Assembly: GCA_008080735.1 (NCBI GenBank)
Contig: SHMW01000067.1
Coordinates: forward strand, 7,266 to 24,795
Length of the DNA: 17,530 nucleotides
Source of the DNA: Promethearchaeota archaeon
GTDB taxonomy: Archaea; Asgardarchaeota; Lokiarchaeia; Sigyniarchaeales; SOKP01
Direction: 5' to 3'
Shown here: positions 16,080 to 17,530 of the stretch, piece after piece
Layout of the letters: every line of letters begins with the position of its first letter
Position numbering within the stretch: position 1 is the first letter of the stretch
Made by a program: the position numbers and the translations under genes
Notes under the pieces: generated by a model
What the model was told of the DNA's origin: nothing
Seen by the model: the letters and a program-made list of their open reading frames with translations, nothing else
The model's database searches: none

Positions 16080-16101
16080 TTATATACACTTTAGTATATA
16101 A
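16080..16101. promoter_or_regulatory. Perfect inverted repeat TTATATAC-N6-GTATATAA upstream of the histidine kinase (candidate operator/TATA region)
   Basis: 8-bp arms at 16080-16087 and 16094-16101, about 58 nt upstream of the ATG at 16022. Confidence 0.45.
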
Positions 16102-16159
16102 CTATAAAATTTTTTATTCTTATTTGAATCTTATTGTAATTCAAAATAAAAAGAATGAT

Positions 16160-17464
16160 TCAAACATCAGAGTTTATTATTTTATTATAACATTTTCTCA
16201 CGGAGGTATGGCCTACATCTCCTCCCGCTCCTTCTCCCCCCACACTGTCTCCACATAACCAGAGATTAGAAATACCTTCAATCTGGTTGGCTGGACGTTC
16301 AAATTGATGCTGACAGATATTTACTTCCACTCCATCAACCATATCTAAAAATAACGGTCTTTCTTCAATAAGATATGTATCAATTTTTGGAAAAAATTTA
16401 CTAATATGCTTACGAAATTCTTGATAAAGCTCATCTGCTCTATTTCTATCTGTTATATCTTCCAAATTTACAATCTGTAGAAAAGACATTAGAGATTTAT
16501 TTTCTGGAGTGATTTCTGGTGATAAATTCGATGGAATGAATCCAAATGAAAGAGGCTCTTCAAAAAAAATCATCCCATCGATCTCACTAATCTTTTTATC
16601 TAATAAGAAATCTATTGAAATTCCCGCTGTAGGACGTAAATTCTTACATTTCTTAATAAAGTTTTTCCTACATAAAGATTCATCAAGGATGGAAAATAAT
16701 TTCTGAACAGGAATAGTGCAAATTATTTCCGCTGCCTTTATTATTTCATCATTCAATTGTACACCAATCGCTTTTCCATTTTCGATAATAATTTCTTTTA
16801 CCTCCGACCTTGTTTTTATAACTCCGCTGTTTTTCTCTATCGATTGAATAAATTGAGAAAAAATTGATTCCCATCCCCCCTTTGGATAATATATACTTCC
16901 TATTTCTAACACTCGTTTGATATTATGGAGTAATTCTCCAGCTGAAGATCTCTCTGGAAATGGATTGACTTGGATCGCTGAACTCGTCATAATAAGGAAC
17001 TTTCTTAGTTCCGGTCGAATATTTTCTTGTTCGAACCAATCTTCTAAAGAGGTGTTATATAATTCTTGGAATCCTCTCTCTTCCATTTTCTTAACCTTTA
17101 AAAGTAATTTTAGAGTACTAATGAAAGGGACCATGGAACTTCTTACAATAGCCATCAATCCTCCAGTTGGAAATACAGTCTTTTTTCCGTTGTTTAAAAA
17201 AGCCCAAGATGTACCAGGTTTAACAAAACTTACAGATCTATTTAATTCTAATAATGATTCACCCAAAGCACCTTGAGGACCGAATCGAATGGGATGCACA
17301 CCATAATCTAATTTGAATCCTTTAACGTGCTCTACTCTTGCTCGTCCCCCTATCTCATGCCTCTTTTCGAGGATAATTACTTTTCCATGTTGGGACAATA
17401 AAGCACCAATATGAATTCCAGAAATACCTCCTCCTATTATTAAATAATCAAAAGACATATTCAA
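16160..17464 (-). CDS. FAD-dependent oxidoreductase, phytoene desaturase/amine oxidase-like (COG1233-type)
   Basis: Rossmann 'YLIIGGGISG...ILEKRHEIGGR', 'GFKLDYGVH', 'YYPKGGWESI', 'VKEIIIENGKAIGV', 'NLWLCGDSV'. Confidence 0.85.
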   Translation of the reverse strand: MNMSFDYLIIGGGISGIHIGALLSQHGKVIILEKRHEIGGRARVEHVKGFKLDYGVHPIRFGPQGALGESLLELNRSVSFVKPGTSWAFLNNGKKTVFPTGGLMAIVRSSMVPFISTLKLLLKVKKMEERGFQELYNTSLEDWFEQENIRPELRKFLIMTSSAIQVNPFPERSSAGELLHNIKRVLEIGSIYYPKGGWESIFSQFIQSIEKNSGVIKTRSEVKEIIIENGKAIGVQLNDEIIKAAEIICTIPVQKLFSILDESLCRKNFIKKCKNLRPTAGISIDFLLDKKISEIDGMIFFEEPLSFGFIPSNLSPEITPENKSLMSFLQIVNLEDITDRNRADELYQEFRKHISKFFPKIDTYLIEERPLFLDMVDGVEVNICQHQFERPANQIEGISNLWLCGDSVGGEGAGGDVGHTSVRKCYNKIINSDV

Positions 17465-17530
17465 TCCACTATATTTGAATTTAGGAATAATATAATATTA
17501 TTATTTACTAGTTTAATATTGTTAGTATAT

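Noticed and set aside
588-16162. Selenocysteine read-through at TGA-terminated genes (nikR, radical SAM, FAD oxidoreductase)
   Set aside because: The proteins are already full length, the TGA does not align with a catalytic Cys, and further stops follow shortly.
102-17276. Antisense or overlapping ORFs in the track (102-362, 1039-1248, 1563-1745, 2349-2540, 4852-5064, 4935-5117, 5371-5568, 10357-10539, 10612-10809, 10730-10930, 11726-11989, 12565-12768, 14794-15087, 16509-16706, 16917-17276)
   Set aside because: All overlap well-supported genes, have no recognisable motifs and show typical shadow-frame composition.

Overview
AT-rich (about 30% GC by eye) archaeal chromosomal segment, most likely from an Asgard archaeon (Lokiarchaeia/Promethearchaeota-like). 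The evidence is archaeal ribosomal proteins uS15 and eS1, an archaeal-type GlmU, a histone-fold protein, TATA-type promoters and three separate longin/roadblock-type eukaryotic-signature proteins. About 15 credible CDSs, in order: NikR-family regulator with a His/acid-rich insertion; alpha3-truncated (Bd0055/face-to-face-like) histone; GH2 beta-glucuronidase-type enzyme with a C-terminal membrane segment; longin-roadblock fusion; rubrerythrin; radical SAM protein plus sirtuin pair; tandem-longin protein; GlmU; 7TM-longin fusion; AidB-like acyl-CoA dehydrogenase; eS1; uS15; orphan 6TM histidine kinase; FAD-dependent oxidoreductase. No rRNA, tRNA, CRISPR array or transposase was seen. The most striking candidate system is a 7TM sensor whose output domain is a longin rather than a kinase, near two soluble longin/roadblock proteins, which suggests a receptor-to-small-GTPase signalling module. 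A possible structured RNA lies at about 9991-10137. All family calls come from motif recognition by eye, not from database searches.
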